From positions 6,606 to 70,605 of the forward strand of contig WFXO01000070.1 of the NCBI GenBank assembly GCA_015490555.1: a stretch of 64,000 nt of DNA, read 5' to 3'. Positions 29,770 to 39,074 of the stretch are shown here, in pieces (the first letter of the stretch is position 1; each line of letters opens with the position of its first letter). The DNA is from a candidate division WOR-3 bacterium (GTDB lineage: Bacteria > Hydrothermota > Hydrothermia > WGAB01). A program made the position numbers and the translations under genes. The notes under the pieces were generated by a model. It saw only the letters and a list, made by a program, of their open reading frames with translations. It was not told the origin of the DNA and did no database searches.

Positions 29770-30072
29770 CACGAATGCCTCCTCTCTGGATTGCCACAGG
29801 GTCATCCTTCATGGGAAAACTCTCCCGCAAACTTTTGAAGACTCGATGACCCCTTCTTTTAATCATAGTTCATTTGGCCTAACATTACAAGTTTTGGGGC
29901 TTTTCTTTCGAAGCATGGCTTCCGGAGACCCGATTTTTTAAGACAAGGGAATTCAGTCACAATGGATCCGTGTTACCATCCTGTTTGTGCGGGTCCTATT
30001 CGTGTTCTTGACTTTGATCAACTTTCCCCTGTATAGATTAAAACTCAAAATTTGAAGACTTTGGAGGCAACG

Positions 30073-30657
30073 ATGGTGTGGCGGAAGTTTGTGTGGGTGG
30101 CGCTTTTTGTGGCCGGAGCGGGAGCCCTCTTCTCCGGGTGTGCCTACAACGAGATGGTCAATGCTGAGGAAAAGATCCAGGAAGCGCTCTCCAATGTAGA
30201 GGTCCAGTATCAACGGCGTGCGGATTTGATTCCCAACCTGGTCAATGTGGTGAAGGGCTATGCGCAGCATGAACGCGAGGTGCTGATTCAGGTCACAAAA
30301 GCCCGGGCCAGTGTCTCAAAGATCCAATTGGGCGGGGAGATCACCCCAGCGCAAATTCAGCAATTCATGGAGGCCCAAGACGCACTGACACAGGCCCTGA
30401 GTCGCTTGATGGTCGTGGTCGAACGGTATCCAGAACTCAAGGCCAATCAGCAATTTTTGGAACTTCAGGCCCAGTTAGAAGGGACCGAGAACCGGATCGC
30501 CTTTGCTCGGAATCAATACAATGACCGTGTTCGGAGCTTCAATACCATGATCCGCCGATTCCCCAAGAACCTTGTCGCGTCTCTCTTCGGATTCCATCCC
30601 TATCCGTATTTCCAGGCGGCCTCTGGCGCAGAGGAAGCGCCCAAAGTAGGCTTCTAA
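30073..30657 (+). CDS. LemA-family protein
   Basis: 'ALSNVEVQYQRRADLIPNLVNVVKGYAQHEREVL' LemA signature and an N-terminal TM. Start at ATG 30073 (GGAGG 5 nt upstream). Confidence 0.8.
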   Translation: MVWRKFVWVALFVAGAGALFSGCAYNEMVNAEEKIQEALSNVEVQYQRRADLIPNLVNVVKGYAQHEREVLIQVTKARASVSKIQLGGEITPAQIQQFMEAQDALTQALSRLMVVVERYPELKANQQFLELQAQLEGTENRIAFARNQYNDRVRSFNTMIRRFPKNLVASLFGFHPYPYFQAASGAEEAPKVGF

Positions 30658-30665
30658 TCTAAGAG

Positions 30666-31121
30666 GTGGCGATTTTTAAGCGTCGCAAGAAGCGCCTCCT
30701 TTCTGAAAAGCACCGTCGCCAGATCCGGGAGGCCATTCAACAGGCGGAGCGACAAACATCCGGAGAAATCCGGGTGGTCCTGGAGGCACTGTGTCAAGGA
30801 GATCCCTATGAACGGGCCTTGGAACACTTTGCAAAACTGGGGATGATTCACACCCGCCAACGGAACGGCGTTCTGGTTTACGTCGCCTTAAAGGATCGGA
30901 AGTTTGCGCTGGTAGGCGATGAAGGCATCCATCGTCATGTGGGAGATCAATTCTGGCAAGAGGTGGCAGAAACCATGTGTTCGTACTTCCAGAAAGGCCA
31001 AGTGATTGAGGGGATCCGCATGGGAGTCCTCCGGATTGGAGAAGTCCTTTCTCGCTATTTTCCCTCCCTCGGGGAGGCGGATCTCAATGAACTTCCCGAT
31101 GAAGTGGTTGAAGGCCCATAG
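30666..31121 (+). CDS. TPM-domain (TLP18.3/Psb32/MOLO-1-type) protein, small
   Basis: 151 aa with 'SGEIRVVLEAL...GVLVYVALKDRKFALVGDEGI', which resembles a TPM domain. Located between LemA and a YgcG-like gene. Confidence 0.5.
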   Translation: MAIFKRRKKRLLSEKHRRQIREAIQQAERQTSGEIRVVLEALCQGDPYERALEHFAKLGMIHTRQRNGVLVYVALKDRKFALVGDEGIHRHVGDQFWQEVAETMCSYFQKGQVIEGIRMGVLRIGEVLSRYFPSLGEADLNELPDEVVEGP

Positions 31122-31878
31122 GTTCTGGCTCCTACTGTTCCTCGTGGTTGTGCCCTCGTGGGTCTCCGCCGACTGCTGGCCACGCAAGCACCCGAATCGG
31201 CTCCTTTACGACGAGGCCCACTGGCTTTTGCCCGCTGAGCGAGCAGCCCTGGAAGAGACGCTTCGCGCCCAGTACTTTCGCCATCATCTCCAGATGGTGG
31301 TTGTGATCACAGATACCCTCTGCGGGATGGACATCGCCCAGTATGCCAACCTCCTTGGGGAACGGTGGGGAGTAGGGTCGAAGGAACGAGACAACGGGAT
31401 CGTCCTGGTGATCGTGCCCAAGAAGGCGAACCGTAAAGGCCAGGTCTTCCTGGCACCTGGCCGGGGAATTCAGGGCGACCTCACGGACGCCCTCGCGAAA
31501 CGGATCGTCGAAACCGTCATGATCCCAAGATTCCGCCAAAATGAACGGGCTGCCGGGATTCTGGCGGGTATCCAGGCGGTGACCCAGGTTCTCAACGGCC
31601 AGGCTGTCCCTCAGAAGGAGGGTGCTTCAAAACGAATAAAGACCCTGCTCAATATTGGGATCCGTGTCTTCATCTTCGTCTTCATTTTACTTGTGATTTT
31701 CCTGATTTCGCTCCTGGCGGTATGGTTAGGTGGGACGGTAGAGGAGGATGGAGATGAAGAAGATGAGGGCACCGTGGTGATCGGAACCACCGATCGGGAC
31801 CGGTCCTCAAAAGAGGAGCCTACCATTTCTTTTGGGGGCGGCCATTTCAACGGGGGTGGTGCAGGTGGAAGTTGGTAA
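31087..31878 (+). CDS. TPM-domain membrane protein (YgcG-like) with Gly-rich C-terminal tail
   Basis: Signal peptide 'MKWLKAHRFWLLLFLVVVPSWVSA', a TPM region, a TM helix and a terminal 'GGGHFNGGGAGGSW'. Start taken at ATG 31087; the track starts at 31006. Confidence 0.55.
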   Translation: MNFPMKWLKAHRFWLLLFLVVVPSWVSADCWPRKHPNRLLYDEAHWLLPAERAALEETLRAQYFRHHLQMVVVITDTLCGMDIAQYANLLGERWGVGSKERDNGIVLVIVPKKANRKGQVFLAPGRGIQGDLTDALAKRIVETVMIPRFRQNERAAGILAGIQAVTQVLNGQAVPQKEGASKRIKTLLNIGIRVFIFVFILLVIFLISLLAVWLGGTVEEDGDEEDEGTVVIGTTDRDRSSKEEPTISFGGGHFNGGGAGGSW

Positions 31879-31980
31879 GCGGAGCCTTTGCCCACTTTCT
31901 GTACCAGATGTTCTGTGGGGACCTCTTTTCCGCAACCAAACGCGGAGTCCCCGGAACGGCCTGCGGAATTCCTGAATCCG

Positions 31981-33438
31981 CTACTCGTTATGAGGAATCT
32001 GGAGGGTGCTCCCGCCGATGAACTCCCGGACCAGGTGATCGCCCGGGATCAGTCGGTGGTCTTGGGTCTGTTCTCGGGTCAACCCCTCCACTGACTCGAA
32101 GAGTTTACTGACCCTCTGATACCGTATCCGGGCATCTAAGAAGGCCTCATACGGGGCCAGGTCCTCCGGCCTTGGCCAGATTCCATCGGGCACAAAATAG
32201 GGCTTGAGCACCGGTAAGTCGAAGGGCATCCCCCCATTGATCTGGTGGTCGGCCAGCCCCATCAACGGGATGATGGAGAAGAGTTCGCCGGCCCGCACAT
32301 AGTGCCAGTGGAGGAGTGTCTGGAGGGGCGGGTGGTTTCGATACATGGAATCCCGCAACATGCGCCGCAGGAGCCGAATGTCCGAGAACTGAACCAGGCG
32401 CCCCGTAGATCCGTCGCCTTCGTACATCATGTTGCTGGCCTCGATGTAGATCCGGAACATCAACGACCGGTCGATGCCCTCGGTTAAGGGGGGATAGAAG
32501 CCATGCAGACAGTCCAGGAGCAGGATCTGGTCCTTCTCCAGTTTTACGCGTTTCGTGCCCGTGTGCTCGCCCTTCTTGAAGTCGTAGATGGGCTTCTCGA
32601 TCTCCTGGCCATCCAGGAGCATTTTCAGGTGCCGGTTGATCAACTGGATATCCAGCGCCTCCGGAGTCTCAAAGTTCCGGTCATTGATCCAATCCGTGGG
32701 GTGCTCAATGAGCGGCCAGAAGTAATCGTCCAGGTTGAGCATGAGGAATCGGAGGCCCTCTCGTTCCAACCGTTGGGTGAGTTTGACCGTGGTCGTCGTC
32801 TTTCCGGAAGAGGAGGGACCGGAGATCCAGATCATCCGGATCTCATCGCCCTGATTCATGCGATCCAAGACCTTCTGAGCCGCCTCATCCAGGGACCGTT
32901 CATAGACCTCCGTCGCGGCCTCGATGAGGTCCTTGATCTTCCCCGATCGAACAATCTCATTGAGTCCTTCCACAGTATCGCACCCGTGGGCCCGGTTCCA
33001 GGCCAGGATTTCCTCGTGGAACGGGGTCGGATACCCGTTCTTGACGAACTGATCCAGGGTGATCGCACCGGCCCGGACCCAGTGTTTGCCCCAACGCCAG
33101 CATTCGTAGGCGTCAGCGACGGTCACGAAGCCGTAACTCCGAAGGACATGGATCACGGTATCCTGGATCTCTTCGATCGTGGGAGGGAAGTTCGCGATCC
33201 AGTGGCGCGGGTCACGGTTCAGAACGACGACCACAATGTCTGAGAGGAACTGCGCGATCGCTTCATCACTTCCGTAGGCGTCAAAGAGGTGGTCGTTGAC
33301 CCCCGGAAGGTAGTCCAGCCCGAACCCGCCAACCGATCGGGCCGCCCGCAAAATGGCGGAATAGATCCGCCCTTGATCGAAGGGGACCAACGAACGATCC
33401 CTCTTTTGAACCTTCCGGATCCGATTCTGAACCGCCAT
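31981..33438 (-). CDS. ATP-cone domain fused to a uridine-kinase/phosphoribulokinase-family P-loop kinase
   Basis: N-terminal 'KRDRSLVPFDQGRIYSAILRA' is ATP-cone-like. The central P-loop 'IWISGPSSSGKTTTTVKL' lies in a PRK/uridine-kinase-like context. Confidence 0.55.
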   Translation of the reverse strand: MAVQNRIRKVQKRDRSLVPFDQGRIYSAILRAARSVGGFGLDYLPGVNDHLFDAYGSDEAIAQFLSDIVVVVLNRDPRHWIANFPPTIEEIQDTVIHVLRSYGFVTVADAYECWRWGKHWVRAGAITLDQFVKNGYPTPFHEEILAWNRAHGCDTVEGLNEIVRSGKIKDLIEAATEVYERSLDEAAQKVLDRMNQGDEIRMIWISGPSSSGKTTTTVKLTQRLEREGLRFLMLNLDDYFWPLIEHPTDWINDRNFETPEALDIQLINRHLKMLLDGQEIEKPIYDFKKGEHTGTKRVKLEKDQILLLDCLHGFYPPLTEGIDRSLMFRIYIEASNMMYEGDGSTGRLVQFSDIRLLRRMLRDSMYRNHPPLQTLLHWHYVRAGELFSIIPLMGLADHQINGGMPFDLPVLKPYFVPDGIWPRPEDLAPYEAFLDARIRYQRVSKLFESVEGLTREQTQDHRLIPGDHLVREFIGGSTLQIPHNE

Positions 33439-33991
33439 CGTAAGATATTATATCCCGAATCCCCTCTTTTGGCCGGTTGTCGTACTTCTAAAGCAACAGT
33501 TTCAGCTGATTGTATAAACTACCCAGCAAACTTTCCTACAAATATGCTTTCTTACTTTCGTTGTCGTTACACGTTGTCAAGGGTGTTTGAGATCTATCGG
33601 GATCTGTGTCTCAGTCTGAACCTTTACCTTTGCGGGCAGGAAGGGGCAACATCGGAGACAAAACGTATCCCCCGAGTTAAAAATAATTCTCCTGAAGGAT
33701 GCGCAACAGGGGACAGAGTTTAAGCAAGCCTTTCTGTCCATCTATCGGTTAGACTTTTAATATACTCTCTCTAAGTAGGTGTGTACCATGAACATCATCA
33801 ACTTTTGTCTGGCTGAGTCCCCTCTCTTTATCTCTTTACCAGAAAAACGACAACAATATTGTTTAATCTAATACAATACTTTGATTCTATATCGTATTCT
33901 CTGTATAATATAGGTTGTATACAATTAACAGTTTCCTTCAATTCTATTAATTTATGATATCTTGTAGAATTTTCAAAAGGAGGTAAAATAA

Positions 33992-36196
33992 ATGAGGTTA
34001 AGTACAATAAAATATATACAAGTTTTGTTGTATGTAGCTTTTATTTATGCCTCTGGTTTTGACTCTCTAAGCGTGCGTTTTGTTGGAAATCTGCCGTATG
34101 GATATTCGTGGGATTGTGCTGCGAATATTATGATGGGGAATGTTTATAGTGGTAGCGGTGGCGCTGTATTTATTCTCAACACCTCAACCCTCCAGAAAGT
34201 CTCGGAAATTCGGACGCGTGGTAGAGTAGTTGACATTATCTCCGACCCCTGGAATTTCAGACTGTTTATAGCTTCAGAAGTGGGTGGGATCGAGATTTGG
34301 GATGTCACCAACCCCAGTGATCCAGTAAAACTCTCACGCTATTGGACAGATGGAACACCTATGGGGCTATATTTAAACCTAAATAATCCCTATTATCTGT
34401 ATGTTGCGGACGGGGCCAACCAGTTGGTAATTTTAGATGTTTCAGATCCTACCAACCCCATACAAGTGGGGCATTTCGCTCAAAACGGGTTTTATGCCAA
34501 GGCCGTGTGGGTAGATCCCACAGAGACCTATGCATATCTTGTAGGATGGCCAACAACGGGGGCTGCTTTAAAAGTGATCGACGTTTCAAATCCTGCTCAA
34601 CCCACCTTAGTGGACACGTTTTTCTTAGGTGCTCGTTTTAATGACATTTTTGTCCTGAATCAGTACGCCTATTTGTCGGCAACTCCTCTATTGCAAGACG
34701 GAGGAATTCGCATTCTTGATCTCTCAGACCTTACCCAGCCGCAGGAGGTTGCGGTGGTTGATGGATCCTCAGATTACAGGAGTATTTGGGTGGTTCCAAA
34801 TGGGGGACAATTATATGCCTATGCTGCCAACGAGTCTGGTCTTGTGACCATGGACCTGACCGATCCACAAAACCCGGTGATCTTGAATGACAGTACCGGA
34901 ATCCCTGCGTACAAGATATACGCTATGGGCTTACTCTATGCCGCGGGCATGGATCAGGGTCTTCAAATCGTTAATCCCGTAGATCCTGCCAACCCAATGG
35001 TCGTGGGCACATATGATTTCCATGACGCTACAGGAGAACTACGCGCAGGGGTTTGTGTTAAAGGCCCATATGCATACTTAAGTTATCAAGGTCTTACAAT
35101 CGTTGACATCTCTGATTTGTCGTATCCCGTTGTAGTTTCTACTTATACGGATACTTTTGCAAACCCGCCCTATGTGTTCGATATCGATGTAGAAGATACA
35201 CTCGCCTACCTTGCGTGGTATGACGCGGGCTTCCAAATTGTGGATGTCTCCGACCCCACGAACCCCGTGAAAATAGGAGCCGTGTCTCCAAATCCACTGG
35301 AGTTTATCGTCTCTATTGATGTTCAGGGGGATTATGCATATCTGGGAACATGGAATTATGGATTAAAAGTTATCGATATCAGTGATCCATCAAATCCAGT
35401 GGAGACGGGGTCTTGGGCACCCGTCTCGCCTCCAATTATGTTCTCGGACATTAAAGCACGGGGGCAGTATGTGTATATTGTGGATCAAGCAGCACAATTC
35501 CTGAGGGTTATTGACGTTTCAGACCCATACAATCCCGTAGAGGTGAGTAATTTAGGCTTCCAAAGTAGTGTATACGCTCTCTATCTCCAAGACCAATATG
35601 CCTTTGTAAGTGGTGGGAATAACGGACTCTATGTGGTAGATATCTCAGATGCAACCAACCCATCCCTTGTTGCGCATTCAACACTTGTCGATGCATATGC
35701 CTCTGACGGAGCAGAGAATTATTTATATCTTTCCGCAGGATATGAGGGGCTTTATGTGTTAGATATTTCTAACCCTCTCAATCCAGAATTGGCCGGCTAT
35801 TACACCACCCCAGGATTTGTCAATGGCATAGCTGCCTCCGGCGAGTTTATCTTTGTTACGAATGGCTTTGGACAATCGGCTCTGCAAATTTATGAAAATC
35901 TATCCTACCTGTCTACCGAAGAGCCTGTCGGAGGCTCTCCAAATGCGCCTACCGTTAAAATCTACGGAGTGGCATCGGGATATCTAAGATTTTACCTACC
36001 GAATTCCAGTACGGTTGTACTCGATGTCTTCGATGTGATTGGGAGAAGAGTGTATTCTCAAATGCGTTTCTTCCCCCAAGGCCTCCATGAACTCCTTCTT
36101 CCACTGAAGGAGGGCGTCTACGTCGCAAGGATGGATGTAAAAGGACGGTTCGGCGTAAGTACGGTTTTAAGTAAATTTGTCTTTCTAAGAAGATAA
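33992..36196 (+). CDS. LVIVD-repeat beta-propeller protein with T9SS C-terminal sorting domain
   Basis: At least 10 LVIVD-type repeats (LVILDVSDPTNP, LKVIDVSNPAQP, LTIVDISDLSYP, FQIVDVSDPTNP, LKVIDISDPSNP, LRVIDVSDPYNP, LYVVDISDATNP, LYVLDISNPLNP ...). CTD '...LDVFDVIGRRVYSQ...GVYVARMDV'. The gene is AT-rich compared with the rest of the window. Confidence 0.7.
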   Translation: MRLSTIKYIQVLLYVAFIYASGFDSLSVRFVGNLPYGYSWDCAANIMMGNVYSGSGGAVFILNTSTLQKVSEIRTRGRVVDIISDPWNFRLFIASEVGGIEIWDVTNPSDPVKLSRYWTDGTPMGLYLNLNNPYYLYVADGANQLVILDVSDPTNPIQVGHFAQNGFYAKAVWVDPTETYAYLVGWPTTGAALKVIDVSNPAQPTLVDTFFLGARFNDIFVLNQYAYLSATPLLQDGGIRILDLSDLTQPQEVAVVDGSSDYRSIWVVPNGGQLYAYAANESGLVTMDLTDPQNPVILNDSTGIPAYKIYAMGLLYAAGMDQGLQIVNPVDPANPMVVGTYDFHDATGELRAGVCVKGPYAYLSYQGLTIVDISDLSYPVVVSTYTDTFANPPYVFDIDVEDTLAYLAWYDAGFQIVDVSDPTNPVKIGAVSPNPLEFIVSIDVQGDYAYLGTWNYGLKVIDISDPSNPVETGSWAPVSPPIMFSDIKARGQYVYIVDQAAQFLRVIDVSDPYNPVEVSNLGFQSSVYALYLQDQYAFVSGGNNGLYVVDISDATNPSLVAHSTLVDAYASDGAENYLYLSAGYEGLYVLDISNPLNPELAGYYTTPGFVNGIAASGEFIFVTNGFGQSALQIYENLSYLSTEEPVGGSPNAPTVKIYGVASGYLRFYLPNSSTVVLDVFDVIGRRVYSQMRFFPQGLHELLLPLKEGVYVARMDVKGRFGVSTVLSKFVFLRR

Positions 36197-36609
36197 GTTC
36201 ATTTTATATTACAATTTTTTCTGATCAGCTTCCTCCTCTCAAGGTTCCTTTCAAGTGACTTCGCATATTATCACTGAAAATGTTATGTCAGAACACTACC
36301 GTTATCGTGCATACTTCTGTTTATTTCTGTTTTGGTTTTCATTATATAACAAACTTATACCTTTGATTCGTTGTACCATCTACCTTCGGAAACTCGTTTC
36401 CTTTTGGCTTACAGAGATTATCGGAATGCAATTTTTCCCTGGGGATCGCCTGTCTGTCGGCAGCGACACAATATATTCCTCAAGCTCAAGGTTCCAGAAA
36501 ATTCATTCTCTGATCCCTATATCGCCCTGTCCTTCTTCTGGTTTTCTCGTAAACTATAAATATTTCGCAGAAAGGGTTTTCGAAAACAGTGAAAGGAGTG
36601 TGAAGAACA

Positions 36610-39060
36610 ATGCAATCTGTGCGATGGATCGGTCTTTTTTTATTGCTGACGACCGGCATAGGGCTTTCCCAGAATCCCGGCCGGCTGCATGGCAAGAGCA
36701 AAGGGAAAGGGGTCCTCACGGGAACTGTCGTTGATGCCGAGACGCAAGTGCCCCTGGAATATGCGAGTGTCCTCGTCTATCGCCTGACGGACAGCACCAA
36801 GGTCACCGGCGCAGTGACGGACCAAGACGGTCAATTCGTGATCCCCGGTCTCCATCCGGGTCGCTACTATGTGACCGTGGACTTCATCGGCTACAGGCAG
36901 GAGGTCCTGTCTCCCGTGCTCATGAAACCCTCTTTGCCCCGGCTGGACTTAGGAACGATCGCCCTAAAGCCCGCAGTTTTGCAAACGAGTCCCGTAGAAG
37001 TCAAGGCCGAAGCCCCACCGATCGCCTACAAGATTGACAAGAAGGTTGTCTATGTCAGCCAGCAGGCCACCGCGGCCTCCGGGACCGCCGTCGATGTCCT
37101 TGAGAATGTCCCCTCGGTGGAGGTGGACATCGAAGGGAACGTGAAACTGCGGGGAAGTGGAAACTTTACCTTGTTGATCAACGGGCGCCCGACGGTTCTG
37201 GACCCAAGCGAGGTGTTGCAACAGATCCCGGCCAGCATGATCGACCGAATCGAGATTATTACGAACCCCTCGGCAAAATATGACCCCGAAGGCATCGCGG
37301 GCATTCTCAATGTCATCCTCAAGAAGAAAGGGCCTCGGGGCATCGCTGGCACCCTGAGCCTCAACGCCGGGTTAGACCAAAAGTACGGCGGCAGCATCCT
37401 ATTAAGCCGCAGAACACGCAACGCCAATGTTTACCTCAGCCTTCATTACAACCACCGGTATTACCCGGGCTCCTATTCCGGCTCGTACCTTTACGAGGTC
37501 CCGATGCTTTTCTCTATCCAACGGGAGATGGAGGGCTCCTTCGCCCATCAGATGCTCCCCGCCGGTCTCCGTGCCGGCTTAGACTTCCGCCTCTCCCCCA
37601 AAGACTTCCTCAGTGTGGGAGGGTCTTACGGACGTTGGCAAATGGAACGGAACAGCACGGTCCATTATGTGGAAGTCGGGATCCCGCCTGACCCCCCGTT
37701 CCCCGAAACCACGCGATACATCACCGAGAACACCTGGAAACGCTCAGGGCCGTACACTTCTGGTTTCCTCTCCTATGAGCATGACTTTGCAGGGCAGGAA
37801 CACAAAGCAACACTGGACTTCTCGTACAGCAAGCGATCTGGCAACGAGGAATCGCAAAGTTTCCAATTCGATGACACCACAGGCGGGATTCTTTCCGGCA
37901 ACCTGGCCACCGAGGAAGGGCCGAGCGAACGCGGCGATCTGAAACTCCATTATCAGCGTCCAATCCTGACTTCCTCCAAACTTGAACTGGGGTATCAGGG
38001 GAGTCTTCGCCGATCCCAGACCCTCAAATCATATGCCATCTGGGACACAGCCTCGGGAGAATTTGTCTTCCAGCCAGAGTTCCAGCATGATGTCCAAACA
38101 AGCCACCTGCATCACGCCATTTATGGTCTGCTCTCCAACGAAACCGGGCGGCTGGGATGGCAGGTAGGGCTCCGGATTGAAAGGATCCACCGCACAATCC
38201 AACTCAAGGAGGTTGGAGAAACGTTCAAATTGGACCAAATGGACTACTTCCCATCGTTCCATATCTCTTACAAACTCGCGGAGCGAACCCAGGTCATGGC
38301 GGGCTATACCCGGCGGATCCGGCGTCCGAGGTCCTGGTGGCTCGAGCCTTATTTGACCTGGATCGATGCGAACACCGTCTATCAGGGCAATCCGGACCTC
38401 CAGCCCTCGTTTTCGGATGCCGTGGACCTCGGATTCCAAACTCCGATGGGGCCCCTGGACGTGACGATCGATGCCTATGCCCGCTTTACTCACCAACGAA
38501 TCGAACGGATCCAACGCATCTATGAAGGGGATGTCGTCCTCTTTACTTATGACAACGTGGGCTCTTCGGAATCCTACGGTTCGGAGATCAACATAGACTG
38601 GAAGCCCCTGCCGTTTTGGTCTTTAAACGGCGTCCTGGATCTCTCGGAATTTCGCCTCTACGGCACCTCGTATCGGGGAAGTTTCCAGTGGAATCTCCGG
38701 CTTCGCAGTGATTTCCGGCTTGGCCGTGCGACCCAGATCCAGGTCACCGCTCGGTATACCAGTCCCTCGGTGACCTCTCAGGGCACGCGGGAAGGCTATT
38801 ACACATTGGATCTGGCGTGGCGACAGAACTTCAGCCGATCCTTGAGCCTGATCCTTCAGGTCCGGGATGTCTTCCGAACGGGCAAATGGTCCTTTACCTC
38901 TTCCTTTGAGAATCGGACCATCGAGCGAACCTATCAGCGGAAGGCGCCGGTGATCACGATCAGCCTGCGATACCTGTTCAACAACTACCGACCGGAAAAA
39001 CGACCCCAGATCCCCAGCAGAGAGGAAGAGCAACCCCCAGACATCTTCGAGGGGTTTTAA
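36610..39060 (+). CDS. Outer-membrane beta-barrel receptor (TonB-dependent-receptor-like) with N-terminal carboxypeptidase-regulatory-like domain
   Basis: Signal peptide; 'GTVVDAETQVPLEYASVLVY...TDQDGQFVIPGLHPGRYYVTVDFIGY' is a CarbopepD_reg-like fold. A plug-like region follows, then a long beta-barrel ending in 'DIFEGF'. Confidence 0.6.
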   Translation: MQSVRWIGLFLLLTTGIGLSQNPGRLHGKSKGKGVLTGTVVDAETQVPLEYASVLVYRLTDSTKVTGAVTDQDGQFVIPGLHPGRYYVTVDFIGYRQEVLSPVLMKPSLPRLDLGTIALKPAVLQTSPVEVKAEAPPIAYKIDKKVVYVSQQATAASGTAVDVLENVPSVEVDIEGNVKLRGSGNFTLLINGRPTVLDPSEVLQQIPASMIDRIEIITNPSAKYDPEGIAGILNVILKKKGPRGIAGTLSLNAGLDQKYGGSILLSRRTRNANVYLSLHYNHRYYPGSYSGSYLYEVPMLFSIQREMEGSFAHQMLPAGLRAGLDFRLSPKDFLSVGGSYGRWQMERNSTVHYVEVGIPPDPPFPETTRYITENTWKRSGPYTSGFLSYEHDFAGQEHKATLDFSYSKRSGNEESQSFQFDDTTGGILSGNLATEEGPSERGDLKLHYQRPILTSSKLELGYQGSLRRSQTLKSYAIWDTASGEFVFQPEFQHDVQTSHLHHAIYGLLSNETGRLGWQVGLRIERIHRTIQLKEVGETFKLDQMDYFPSFHISYKLAERTQVMAGYTRRIRRPRSWWLEPYLTWIDANTVYQGNPDLQPSFSDAVDLGFQTPMGPLDVTIDAYARFTHQRIERIQRIYEGDVVLFTYDNVGSSESYGSEINIDWKPLPFWSLNGVLDLSEFRLYGTSYRGSFQWNLRLRSDFRLGRATQIQVTARYTSPSVTSQGTREGYYTLDLAWRQNFSRSLSLILQVRDVFRTGKWSFTSSFENRTIERTYQRKAPVITISLRYLFNNYRPEKRPQIPSREEEQPPDIFEGF

Positions 39061-39074
39061 CGGCAGCAGGGACG

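Noticed and set aside
28741-29838. 365-aa plus-strand ORF
   Set aside because: Antisense to the T9SS cargo gene 27388-29769, whose C-terminal sorting domain confirms the minus-strand frame.
36255-36734. 159-aa ORF in the AT-rich intergenic region upstream of the outer-membrane receptor gene
   Set aside because: It is a low-complexity Phe/Leu/Tyr-rich translation of AT-rich DNA with no RBS, and it overlaps the real start of the receptor gene (36610). It is more likely promoter or leader DNA.
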